Source of the DNA: a virus
Strand: one strand, 5' to 3'
IMG/VR virus record: IMGVR_UViG_3300031951_000014
Length of the DNA: 64,000 bases
The notes under the pieces were generated by a model. That model had not been told where the DNA came from, ran no database searches, and worked only from the letters and a program-made list of their open reading frames with translations. Made by a program: the position numbers and the translations under genes. Below are positions 22,101-30,384 of the stretch, piece by piece (position 1 is the first letter of the stretch; each line of letters starts with the position of its first letter).

Positions 22101-22517
22101 AAGATGTTTAAGTTTAACTTGCAAGACATATCTTCAGACATTGAAATAATTGTTTTCCCCCGTGAGGCAAAGAACTATCAAGATGATTTTTTCCAAAATG
22201 GTGACGTATTAACATTGACTGGTTCAGTCTCTAAAGATGGAGATGAAGAAAATGTTATATCAAAAATACTTTTAAATTCATGTGAAAAGTTAGATCTATC
22301 TAATTTTTCTGGTGGCACTCCTATTTATTTAGAAATTGATTCTCAGATTAGCGAAAAAACTTTAAATAAATTGTATGATATAATTAAGTCAAAAGATGGT
22401 GGTTCTTATGTATTCCTTTCTTATAAAGATGGAAGCAAAATAATCACCTTTAAGTTTAATAAAAAAACATCTGTAGTTGTAAAAGAAAAGTTAGAAAAAG
22501 TTTTAATGGAGCAGTGA
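19194..22517 (+). CDS. dnaE: DNA polymerase III alpha subunit
   Basis: PHP N-terminus [60 protein letters not shown]. Confidence 0.95.
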   Translation: [1107 protein letters not shown]

Positions 22518-22885
22518 TGACAACTGGAAATTTTTATAAGAACCCCTCAACAAAAGACTGCTGGGTTTTTTGTTCGTCGTGTAACCGATGCCAAGATAAG
22601 GGAAGATACACTAAATGCAATAAATGCAGTGGTAGATATGATCCAAATGGGTCTATAGATGCGCATCCAGAAGATTATTGCGACTGCAAAAACGGAGTTC
22701 TGCGTTGGAGAACCCAAGAGGGTAAGTTGATTATGACTAGATTTAAATCTAATCCTTTTGCTGGCAAGGTAAAGTATCTTAAGCAGAGTGAGGATGAAAG
22801 AGACTGGGACTCATATGTAAAAGATATGAGAGAAAAAATGAATGACCCAAATTGGAACCCTATAACAATAGTAGATGAAGATTAA
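22514..22885 (+). CDS. Zinc-ribbon protein
   Basis: CWVFCSSCNRCQDKGRYTKCNKCSG. Confidence 0.6.
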   Translation: MMTTGNFYKNPSTKDCWVFCSSCNRCQDKGRYTKCNKCSGRYDPNGSIDAHPEDYCDCKNGVLRWRTQEGKLIMTRFKSNPFAGKVKYLKQSEDERDWDSYVKDMREKMNDPNWNPITIVDED

Positions 22886-23093
22886 TATGTCTAAATCAGA
22901 GATAGGCAGAATGGCTGTCAATAACACTGTTTTGATAGAATATCAAACAGACAATGGTAAAAGTAATTTTTTTATTCAATCTGGCATTGCAGGTTTTTAT
23001 GCTAGTGAGCCTGAGTTACGTGACCTATTCGGTTTGTTAAGCTACTATTACAATTTAGATACTGTAAATAATACAGTAATTAGTGTAAACTAG
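22875..23093 (+). CDS. Hypothetical protein
   Basis: ORF. Confidence 0.5.
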   Translation: MKINMSKSEIGRMAVNNTVLIEYQTDNGKSNFFIQSGIAGFYASEPELRDLFGLLSYYYNLDTVNNTVISVN

Positions 23094-23100
23094 GAGACAA

Positions 23101-23268
23101 ATGAACTGGCCAAGACTTGAAGACGATTTCATGGAGTATGGAAACACTGGATGGATTGCTCTAGGCGAAGGTAAATATAAAAATATTCATACTGGTTATA
23201 TCATGGATGAAAACGGAACGATATTTGATCAACAAGGAAACATAGTTTCAGAAATAGAAGAAAATTAA
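23101..23268 (+). CDS. Small hypothetical protein (55 aa), not in the supplied ORF track
   Basis: MNWPRLEDDFMEYGNTGWIALGEGKYKNIHTGYIMDENGTIFDQQGNIVSEIEEN; RBS aggagaca. Confidence 0.6.
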   Translation: MNWPRLEDDFMEYGNTGWIALGEGKYKNIHTGYIMDENGTIFDQQGNIVSEIEEN

Positions 23269-23270
23269 TA

Positions 23271-24063
23271 ATGATATTAAAAGATATTAGGGAAGTTGAT
23301 GACTTCCAAAGGATTACATTATCTGAATTTAGTTATTCAAGAATAGACACATACGAAATGTGTCCATCGAAGTATTTTTATTCCTACATAAAAAGAGAAC
23401 CCAGAATGTTTTCAGCTCCTGCGGTTCTTCGGGAATATTGTTCATGGCGTTTTAGAGGATCATGTCTCATCTACTGATGTTTTAGATCTAGATAAGATGA
23501 AGTCTTCTTTTGTAGATCATAAAAACACTTTAGATCCAAACTCAGAAATAACTGAAGAGTTAAATCAAGCTGGTCTTCAAATTTTAGAAGACTTTTATGA
23601 TATATATGATGGCAGAACTTTTGATGTTTTTGATAAAGAAATGGGATTTAACTTTGTTTTAGGAAACTATTTAATGATAGGCTATATAGACAGAGTAGAT
23701 GTAGTAGGCGACACAGTTGAAATAGTTGATTACAAAACTGGAAAACGTGAAGTAGCACAAAAAGATGTGCACAATAATTTGCAGCTTGGAATCTATGCAC
23801 TAGCTGCCTCAATAGCTTTTCCCGATAAGCAAATTAAAGCATCTTTGCATTACCTAAGATCTGGAAGAATTAAAAGTCACGAGTATTCTAAAGATGATTT
23901 AGAAAATGTAAAGCAAATGCTTATTGAAAAAATTAATTTAATTATGAATGACTTTAATTTTACCCCTACAAAGAATGAAAGAGTATGTTATTTCTGCGAT
24001 CACGCCAAGTCAGGTGCTTGCGCTACTGGGGCAGCTAGATTAAAAAGATCTAAACAGGGATAG
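23271..24063 (+). CDS. RecB/Cas4-like PD-(D/E)XK nuclease, ~263 aa, expressed by +1 frameshift at CGG 23430-23432
   Basis: ORF 23271..23477 joins 23497..24063: SYSRIDTYEMCPSKYFYSYIKREPRMFSAPAVLGNIVHGVLEDHV...IGYIDRVDVVGDTVEIVDYKTGKRE...CYFCDHAKSGAC. Confidence 0.85.
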
Positions 24064-24069
24064 TAAAAA

Positions 24070-24091
24070 GCCCCTGGTTACCCAGGGGCCA
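24070..24091. terminator. Hairpin gcccctggttacccaggggc between convergent genes
   Basis: Inverted repeat cccctgg-tta-cccaggg(g). Confidence 0.6.
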
Positions 24092-24116
24092 TATCTAATA
24101 TATATATTGTATCTAA

Positions 24117-24290
24117 TTAAAACTGGGCTACTGGATTATCCAGGCCAGAAGCAACGATATCAAAGTCGTCAGAATCAACGACTACCTTGATTGCGTCTTC
24201 GTGAGCAAAACCAAGAGTTGTCAAGTCGTCAATAACTGACTCGTTGATGCTCTGGCGCATGCTGTTGAAAATGCTGGTTGCGGTTGTCAT
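24117..24290 (-). CDS. Small acidic protein (57 aa), the only - strand gene noted in the left arm; not in the supplied ORF track
   Basis: Translation MTTATSIFNSMRQSINESVIDDLTTLGFAHEDAIKVVVDSDDFDIVASGLDNPVAQF with upstream ggagaaaaat. Confidence 0.65.
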   Translation of the reverse strand: MTTATSIFNSMRQSINESVIDDLTTLGFAHEDAIKVVVDSDDFDIVASGLDNPVAQF

Positions 24291-24380
24291 ATTTTTCTCC
24301 TTAAGTTTGAATTTATATTTGTTTTTTTATAAAATATAAAGTATAATGTATTAACTTGACACACAAAGGATAGCAGATTT

Positions 24381-24924
24381 ATGGTAGCAGGCGCAAATCC
24401 AAAAGATTTTTTCTTGGAAAGATCTACAAAAAAAACTCCGAACTTTTCCAAAAAAGCAAGCACCACTATAGCATCTAAGGATTCTTCTGCGCAAAAAAAG
24501 GGAAATGCTTACAGGCATACTAAGTCTGGTTATCGAGAAGATTTAGACATGAATATGAGATCAAACTGGGAAGCTAACTTCGCTAGAATTTTGAATCGGT
24601 TATTCAATCAAGTTTGAGTTTGAACCAAAGGTGTTCACTTTCCCAATAAAAAGGGGAACCAAAGGTTACACTCCAGATTTTTATCTAACCAAAACAAAAG
24701 AGTGGCTTGAAATAAAAGGTTACTTAGATGATAAAAGTAAAATAAAATTAAAAAGATTCAAGAAATATTATCCGCTTGAATTTGAAAAATTAACTTTTGT
24801 CATAAGCAAATATTCAGCGGAAGCTATTAGATTTGCAATTGAGTTGGAGATACCAAGGGTAATTTTTTACGAAGATATACGCAACGAGTACGCTGCAAAA
24901 ATTTCAAACTGGGAAGGTAAGTAA
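24381..24924 (+). CDS. TnsA-like/PD-(D/E)XK endonuclease, ~180 aa, expressed by +1 frameshift at CGG 24597-24599
   Basis: ORF 24381..24617 joins 24631..24924: MRSNWEANFARILNGYSIKFEFEPKVFTFPIKRGTKGYTPDFYLTKTKEWLEIKGYL. Confidence 0.87.
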
Positions 24925-25824
24925 TGGCTTCTTACAAAGAGCAATATTATAATTTAGAAGAAGAGGAAATGCAAAGGTTAATCCAGGAGGCAAAGAATGG
25001 TTCTGGTAAGGCTAAAGAAGAGTTACTAAAAGTTTTTAATAACTTTTTAACAAAATATGTAACGATGTTACATGTGGGCAAGTATAGCTTTAGCGACTAT
25101 GACATTAGAAGATTTATGTCATTGTTTGTAAAAGATACTTTTGTGCGTTATGCTCTAATGAAAAATAAGCTTAATCAAGCTGGTTACAAGCATGTAAATG
25201 AATCCATAAATGGAATCTTATACATGGTTAAAAGATACTGTACTGAAGAAGATGTCCAACAGACGGTCAGGCTCACATTCTTTCAATGCATAACAAGGTA
25301 TGAAAGGAAAGATTCAGAGAAGGGCCCAATACCATTTAGCGCTTTTTTATATAGTTATTTTTTGTACCTTCTTAAAAAGAACGTAGATACAATGTTGATA
25401 AATCAACTTGGCAGAAAGTCGTTCCCGCTCTTGACGCAAGATGATTTATTTAATGATGGAGAAACAGAAGACACTGCTAAAGGAGGAGCATATGTAGACA
25501 CTCTGGAGTATGCTACAGTTGATACTCCATTCAACAACGACGTTAATGAATTTTGGGTTCTAGGTGAAGGTGTTAATGATTTATTTGGTAAACTTTCTTT
25601 GCAGGAAAGACAGCTATTAAAGTGGAGATATATAGATGGAAAAAGGTCTTCTGAAATAGCAATAAAAATTACAGAACATCCTAACACAGTTAGGGAGCAC
25701 CTAACAAAAATAAGAGATAAAATAGAAATAATGCTAGATGAACCACGGAATGGAAGAATATAAGGTATTATTGAAGTCGTATTTCTCTAAGAAGGATGAT
25801 AAAGTAGACGAGGACGATGAATAA
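24924..25824 (+). CDS. Sigma-70-family RNA polymerase sigma factor; 0-frame product ends at 25763, candidate +1 frameshift at CGG 25746-25748 gives ~299 aa ending at 25824
   Basis: Region 4 LSLQERQLLKWRYIDGKRSSEIAIKITEHPNTVREHLTKIRDKI; +1 tail GMEEYKVLLKSYFSKKDDKVDEDDE overlaps the next start codon (ATGAATAA). Confidence 0.75.
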
Positions 25825-26338
25825 TTATTCTGTTAACACAAAAGATTTTTTTGATAAAATATCTAACATGGTTACACCTCAACTCCAGGAGTTGATTAAT
25901 GCGATTTCTTCTCAAGAAGAACTAAATAAATACTATGTAGAAATTCCAGACCCAAATTATGTTGATTTAGGTATCAATGATATAGCTTCTTTAGTAGCAA
26001 GATCATCCAATGTTTATGGGAGAGCTGCTAGATTTGCTGGCATTGCAAGATCACAGCATAAGCTCCTAGAAGCACAATACAAACGAGTATATAAGGCTAA
26101 TAGAATTGGCAAGAATGAGGCAGAGAGAGAAGCTGCAGCTGCAGCAGCAGCTGATTCTGAATATACATCTCTAGCTGCGGTAGAGGCAGTTGTTGAGTTG
26201 GCAGAGTCTATGGAGTTAGCAGCAAGAATTTCATCTGAGTCAGCTAGAAAACTAATGGATAAAATGCAGGCTATGCAAGTGGCATCTGCTAGAGAAGAAA
26301 AAGGTTTCTTTTCTGAAAAAGACTTTACACCATACTGA
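25817..26338 (+). CDS. Hypothetical Ala-rich protein
   Basis: ORF. Confidence 0.55.
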   Translation: MNNYSVNTKDFFDKISNMVTPQLQELINAISSQEELNKYYVEIPDPNYVDLGINDIASLVARSSNVYGRAARFAGIARSQHKLLEAQYKRVYKANRIGKNEAEREAAAAAAADSEYTSLAAVEAVVELAESMELAARISSESARKLMDKMQAMQVASAREEKGFFSEKDFTPY

Positions 26339-26346
26339 GGAGAGTT

Positions 26347-26556
26347 ATGTATATAGGTCATTACAAGGCTGTTAATTCGGCTAATGAATTCTTTTCACAA
26401 AAAAGAAAAGATTTAAATTTTCCAACACAGATAGAATATAAAGGGGAAAGATATTCTTTACACGCCACACATATAGCTTCAACTAAGCTACAAGAGAATA
26501 ATATAAAAAATAGATCAAAGGAACTAGGCATTCCTTTTGGCGTTAAGCTGGCCTAA
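26347..26556 (+). CDS. Hypothetical protein
   Basis: ORF. Confidence 0.5.
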   Translation: MYIGHYKAVNSANEFFSQKRKDLNFPTQIEYKGERYSLHATHIASTKLQENNIKNRSKELGIPFGVKLA

Positions 26557-26983
26557 TTTGAATATAGAAGTTTTTTGTGACGGAGCTTCAAGAGGGCAGG
26601 GGCAAAAAAGATTCGGGGAAGCAGCATGTGCTGTAGTTGTGTATAAAAATAAAAGAAAAGTAGTTGAATTTGCCAGAGGCCTTGGAGCAAGGACTAACAA
26701 TGAAGCTGAATACGAAGCTGTAATTACGTCTCTTTTAATATGTACAATGTCTGAATTTGTTGACCCAATCATTTATACTGATTCTGCTGTAGTTGCAAAC
26801 CATGTAAATCAAAAATGGATTTGCAAACATCCTTCATTGGTTCCTCTTCTGATGACTATAGAAGAAATAAAATCTGAGTATAGATTTAGATTGATTCAAG
26901 TGCCAAGGTTGCTTGTAGCGGAAGCCGATGCCTTAGCGAATCAATTTTTGAACAATCTAGAAATAAGAAAAGAAAACATCTGA
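26537..26983 (+). CDS. Ribonuclease HI-like protein
   Basis: EVFCDGASRGQG...RTNNEAEYEAVITSL...IYTDSAVVANHVN...ADALAN. Confidence 0.85.
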   Translation: MALSWPNLNIEVFCDGASRGQGQKRFGEAACAVVVYKNKRKVVEFARGLGARTNNEAEYEAVITSLLICTMSEFVDPIIYTDSAVVANHVNQKWICKHPSLVPLLMTIEEIKSEYRFRLIQVPRLLVAEADALANQFLNNLEIRKENI

Positions 26984-27005
26984 TCCAAGTGCTATACTGG
27001 AAGCT

Positions 27006-27788
27006 ATGAGCGAAATTAAAAAGAATAGCCCTATAATTATAGGTTTAGCAGGGAAAGCTGGATCTGGTAAAACCAGTGTAGCTGAACACATAGTCCCTAA
27101 AGGTTCAATTGAAATCATTAAAGACAATACAAAATGGGACCACATATTTTATGCCCTACCATTGTACGAAATGGCTTCAATTAAAAAGAATACAAAAGGA
27201 TTGAGAGAAAGTTCTAGAAAACTATTTGCTTTACACGATGTTTTGTATGATGTGTATGGTGGGTCTTCTCTAGGGACTATCCCAGATTATCCTGAGTTTG
27301 TTAATTTAGTTAATGACATTAACAGCCTGCCTATTGAGCCTGAAGGTGTTAAACCAAGAAAGTTCTTGCAAACTGCAGGAGACTTATGTAGAGGTTTCAA
27401 CCCCGATTGCTTTGCCTCTTGGGCTATTAACAAAGCAAAGAAAATACATAGAGAAGCTGTGCGTTCTTTGGATGATTTAGAAGATAAAAATGTTGTTGTT
27501 TTAATTTCAGATGTTAGATATTTAAATGAGGCTAGAAGCATTTTGGAGCAACCCAATGGTTTCGTGATCTGCTTTGATGCCACACAGGATGTCTTAAACC
27601 AGAGATTAATGAAACGTGATGGTAAGCTTATGAATGAAGATGAAATGGCTCATTCTTCTGAAAAGCAGATAGATTATATTAAAAACATAGCTTCTGCTAT
27701 CATTAATACAAACGAGCTTGATTTAGACCAACAGACCGCAAAAACAATAGAGACTATAAACAAAATAAAAGAAGGAACAAATGCCTAA
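27006..27788 (+). CDS. Deoxynucleoside monophosphate kinase-like P-loop protein
   Basis: IIGLAGKAGSGKTSVAEHI...VVVLISDVRYLNEARSI. Confidence 0.75.
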   Translation: MSEIKKNSPIIIGLAGKAGSGKTSVAEHIVPKGSIEIIKDNTKWDHIFYALPLYEMASIKKNTKGLRESSRKLFALHDVLYDVYGGSSLGTIPDYPEFVNLVNDINSLPIEPEGVKPRKFLQTAGDLCRGFNPDCFASWAINKAKKIHREAVRSLDDLEDKNVVVLISDVRYLNEARSILEQPNGFVICFDATQDVLNQRLMKRDGKLMNEDEMAHSSEKQIDYIKNIASAIINTNELDLDQQTAKTIETINKIKEGTNA

Positions 27789-28104
27789 AATTACACGAAA
27801 TGCCCAAGAAGAAACAGTAGGATCACCTTTAGATCAGGTTGTTTCAAATATGGCCGGAGAGATATCTCTGTCCAGTTCTCCAATTTTTATATGTGGAGTT
27901 AACAGAAAGATCAATATTGGCAACTTTGAAAACGTAGACGTATATGCTGGGATAACGATTCCCCTTGAAAACATAAGTCTTTCAGATAAAGAAGCGTTTT
28001 CAGAGGCAGTTAAAAATGCTGCAGCATACGGATTTTCTTTAGTTTCTAAAGAAACTGGGGAAAGATATACTCTTATTAAAGAGTCCCAGCAGACGGGTAG
28101 GTAG
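27781..28104 (+). CDS. Hypothetical protein
   Basis: ORF. Confidence 0.5.
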   Translation: MPKITRNAQEETVGSPLDQVVSNMAGEISLSSSPIFICGVNRKINIGNFENVDVYAGITIPLENISLSDKEAFSEAVKNAAAYGFSLVSKETGERYTLIKESQQTGR

Positions 28105-28174
28105 TTTTCCCGCTTGCAAAGTTACTATTTACTAAGTATAATATAGTCCCAATTAAAATAAAACAGAGGTTAAA

Positions 28175-28456
28175 ATGTTTAAGAAGTTAGCACAAAAGAT
28201 AAAGTCAGTATTGTTTGCAGCTCAGAAGATTGATGCTAATAGCCCAATCGCCAAAGCACAGGCTAAGATCGTGGATGATCTTGCCGCACAGGCTGAGGTT
28301 ATTGCAGAGGTTGCCAAAAATGCTTCTGATGATATTGTTGCTTCAGTTAAAAAAGAAGTTAATGAGGCAGTAAAAGAAGTTAAGGCTAAAAAGCCAGCAG
28401 CAAAGAAAGCTGCTTCAGCTAAAAAGCCAGGAAGACCAAAGAAGACTACTAAGTAA
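28175..28456 (+). CDS. Histone H1-like Lys/Ala-rich protein
   Basis: C-terminal KAKKPAAKKAASAKKPGRPKKTTK (AT-hook-like GRPKK). Confidence 0.6.
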   Translation: MFKKLAQKIKSVLFAAQKIDANSPIAKAQAKIVDDLAAQAEVIAEVAKNASDDIVASVKKEVNEAVKEVKAKKPAAKKAASAKKPGRPKKTTK

Positions 28457-28539
28457 TGGCTTTAGCCAAATTTAGAAAAGTTTCTAAGGGTAATAAAAAA
28501 CCAGAACCAAAGAAGGAAAAAGATGAAAAGAAAAATTAG
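28456..28539 (+). CDS. 27-aa Lys-rich mini-protein
   Basis: MALAKFRKVSKGNKKPEPKKEKDEKKN, coupled stop/start. Confidence 0.45.
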   Translation: MALAKFRKVSKGNKKPEPKKEKDEKKN

Positions 28540-28630
28540 TCTTTTAGATATTCTTTGGAAATTATGGTTTAAAGTTTTTGATTGTTTAGAGGCTATGGAT
28601 TCTAAGAGAGAAAAGAAACGTGGCCTTTAA
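28523..28630 (+). CDS. 35-aa mini-protein
   Basis: MKRKISLLDILWKLWFKVFDCLEAMDSKREKKRGL. Confidence 0.35.
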   Translation: MKRKISLLDILWKLWFKVFDCLEAMDSKREKKRGL

Positions 28631-28745
28631 ACAAAAAATCTATATTAGTGGTCCAAGAATGGGTACTAATAATTCTATGTATGGGATAGAACTTCCTGCA
28701 AAGAAAAAGAAAACTAAATCTAAAAAAATAAAAAGGAAAAAGTAA
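28620..28745 (+). CDS. 41-aa Lys-rich mini-protein
   Basis: GTG start; AFKQKIYISGPRMGTNNSMYGIELPAKKKKTKSKKIKRKK; stop overlaps next ATG (TAATG). Confidence 0.45.
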   Translation: MAFKQKIYISGPRMGTNNSMYGIELPAKKKKTKSKKIKRKK

Positions 28746-29021
28746 TGGTCATTAAAAAAGGCTCAGAAACTTTTGCTGGCTATAATAAGCCTAAGCGTAC
28801 TCCAAATCATCCTAAAAAGTCTCACGCTGTACTAGCTAAGTCGCGGATCTAAGACTAAATTAATTCGTTTTGGCCAACAAGGGGTAAGTGGTTCACCAAA
28901 GAAAAAAGGTGAGTCTGCTTCGTACAGGAAGCGTCGTGAATCATTCAAAGCACGTCATGCAAGTAACATCAAAAAAGGCGTGATGTCGGCTGCCTACTGG
29001 GCCAATAGAGTCAAATGGTAG
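28745..29021 (+). CDS. Basic phage structural-type protein of the SFKARHxxNIxKGxMSAAYWAxxVKW family, 91 aa, expressed by +1 frameshift at CGG 28844-28846
   Basis: 0-frame ends MVIKKGSETFAGYNKPKRTPNHPKKSHAVLAKSRI*; +1 join gives ...SHAVLAKSGSKTKLIRFGQQGVSGSPKKKGESASYRKRRESFKARHASNIKKGVMSAAYWANRVKW; the two-frame overlap window is only ~17 nt. Confidence 0.88.
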
Positions 29022-29033
29022 TTAGGAGTAAAT

Positions 29034-29141
29034 ATGTCTAAGTATGTAAATAATGTAGTGGACACAGAAAAAAAACCACCAGCAAAAAAGAAAGCAAATG
29101 CTAAAACAAAAACAACTTCCAAAAAAAAGGATGAAAAATAA
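29034..29141 (+). CDS. 35-aa Lys-rich mini-protein
   Basis: MSKYVNNVVDTEKKPPAKKKANAKTKTTSKKKDEK. Confidence 0.45.
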   Translation: MSKYVNNVVDTEKKPPAKKKANAKTKTTSKKKDEK

Positions 29142-29266
29142 TGGCAATGATGAAAAAAGATAAGATGATGGCTGGTAAAAAGATGTCATCAAAGAAAATG
29201 AGCAGCTCAAAGAAGATGGGCAGCAAAAAGAAAATGGGCGGCTATTCAAAAAAGAAGATGATGTAA
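29141..29266 (+). CDS. 41-aa Lys/Met/Ser-rich mini-protein
   Basis: MAMMKKDKMMAGKKMSSKKMSSSKKMGSKKKMGGYSKKKMM. Confidence 0.45.
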   Translation: MAMMKKDKMMAGKKMSSKKMSSSKKMGSKKKMGGYSKKKMM

Positions 29267-29268
29267 TC

Positions 29269-29406
29269 ATGGCTTCCAAAAAAATGGCAAAGAAAAAGGC
29301 TCCTGCAAAGAAGGCAGCAGCTAGCACGAGTGGCCTTACACCAGCTCAAAAGAAATTACCACCTTTTATTCAAGCAGCTATTGCTAAGAAGAAGAAAAAG
29401 AAGTAA
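29269..29406 (+). CDS. 45-aa Lys/Ala-rich mini-protein
   Basis: MASKKMAKKKAPAKKAAASTSGLTPAQKKLPPFIQAAIAKKKKKK. Confidence 0.45.
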   Translation: MASKKMAKKKAPAKKAAASTSGLTPAQKKLPPFIQAAIAKKKKKK

Positions 29407-29411
29407 TAATT

Positions 29412-29585
29412 ATGGCTAAGAAGAAGTCCCTTTTTCAAAAAAAAGTTACTAAAGTAATGGATGAGTATGGAAAAGGGGCTCTTCATTCTGGCAAAAAAGG
29501 TCCAGTAGTCAAGAGTAGAAAGCAGGCTATAGCTATAGCTCTTTCTGTCGCAAGTAAAAGAAAAAAAAGATCTAAGAAAAAATAA
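29412..29585 (+). CDS. 57-aa basic protein related to the KVMxExxxGxLxSGxxGxxVKSRKQAIAIAxS family
   Basis: MAKKKSLFQKKVTKVMDEYGKGALHSGKKGPVVKSRKQAIAIALSVASKRKKRSKKK. Confidence 0.6.
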   Translation: MAKKKSLFQKKVTKVMDEYGKGALHSGKKGPVVKSRKQAIAIALSVASKRKKRSKKK

Positions 29586-29599
29586 TAGGAGAAAGTATC

Positions 29600-30380
29600 A
29601 TGGGCAAAGTTGCTTGGGACTATATTGTTCCCGTAAAACTACCAGCTGACCTAAAAGGTGTTACACCTGGTAAGCTTCCAGCTAATCTGTTGGTTGGTAT
29701 AGAGGGTGGTGGCAAGCTTCATTGGCTAGCTGCAGCGGCTTATTGCGCCATGGATGAGAAGGCAAAAGCAGATGGAGTTGAGCTCAAGCCAACTTCTGCT
29801 GGTGATACTTATAGAACCTATGAATCACAACTTGCTGGCTTTAGGCAGCGCTATCAGCTTGAAGAAATTGCTGGTCAAAGTACTCGTACATTTGAAGGCA
29901 AGAAATGGTATCTAAAAAAGGGCATGGCGCCTTTGGCAGCTCCTGGTTCATCACAGCACAACTTGCGGAATTGCAGTTGACATTGCCAATGCTGCTGAAC
30001 CAAAGCGCATTAACTGGCTCATTGCAAACGTAAAAGATTTTGGTTGGTCATGGGAAGTAGTTCCCGAAGAGCCTTGGCACATACGCTATGTATGTGGAGA
30101 CAACCCACCACCAGCAGTTGCTGCATGGATGGAAAGAAATGGTGTCAAAAAACCAGAAGCTGGTGTTGCAAATCTAAATAATACACCTGCTGGCGGAAAC
30201 GCAAAAACAAAATCAATTCAAGAAGCACTAAAGAAAAAAGGGATTTATGCTGGTCCAATTAACGGAGAAATGGACGCAGCAACCAAAGAAGCAATTAAAG
30301 CTTTTAAGGTAGCTAACAAATTGCCAGCAGATTCTGTTCCTGGGCCTAAGGTCATGGAACTCTTGGGAATTAAAGCATAG
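29600..30380 (+). CDS. Endolysin: M15/VanY-type peptidase plus peptidoglycan-binding domain, ~259 aa, expressed by +1 frameshift at CGG 29966-29968
   Basis: ORF 29600..29980 joins ORF 30129..30380: RTYESQLAGFRQRY...APGSSQHNLGIAVDIANAAEP...FGWSWEVVPEEPWHIRYVCGD...IQEALKKKGIYAGPINGEMDAATKEAIKAFK; metal-binding SxHxxGxAxD requires the shift. Confidence 0.93.
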
Positions 30381-30384
30381 TGCC

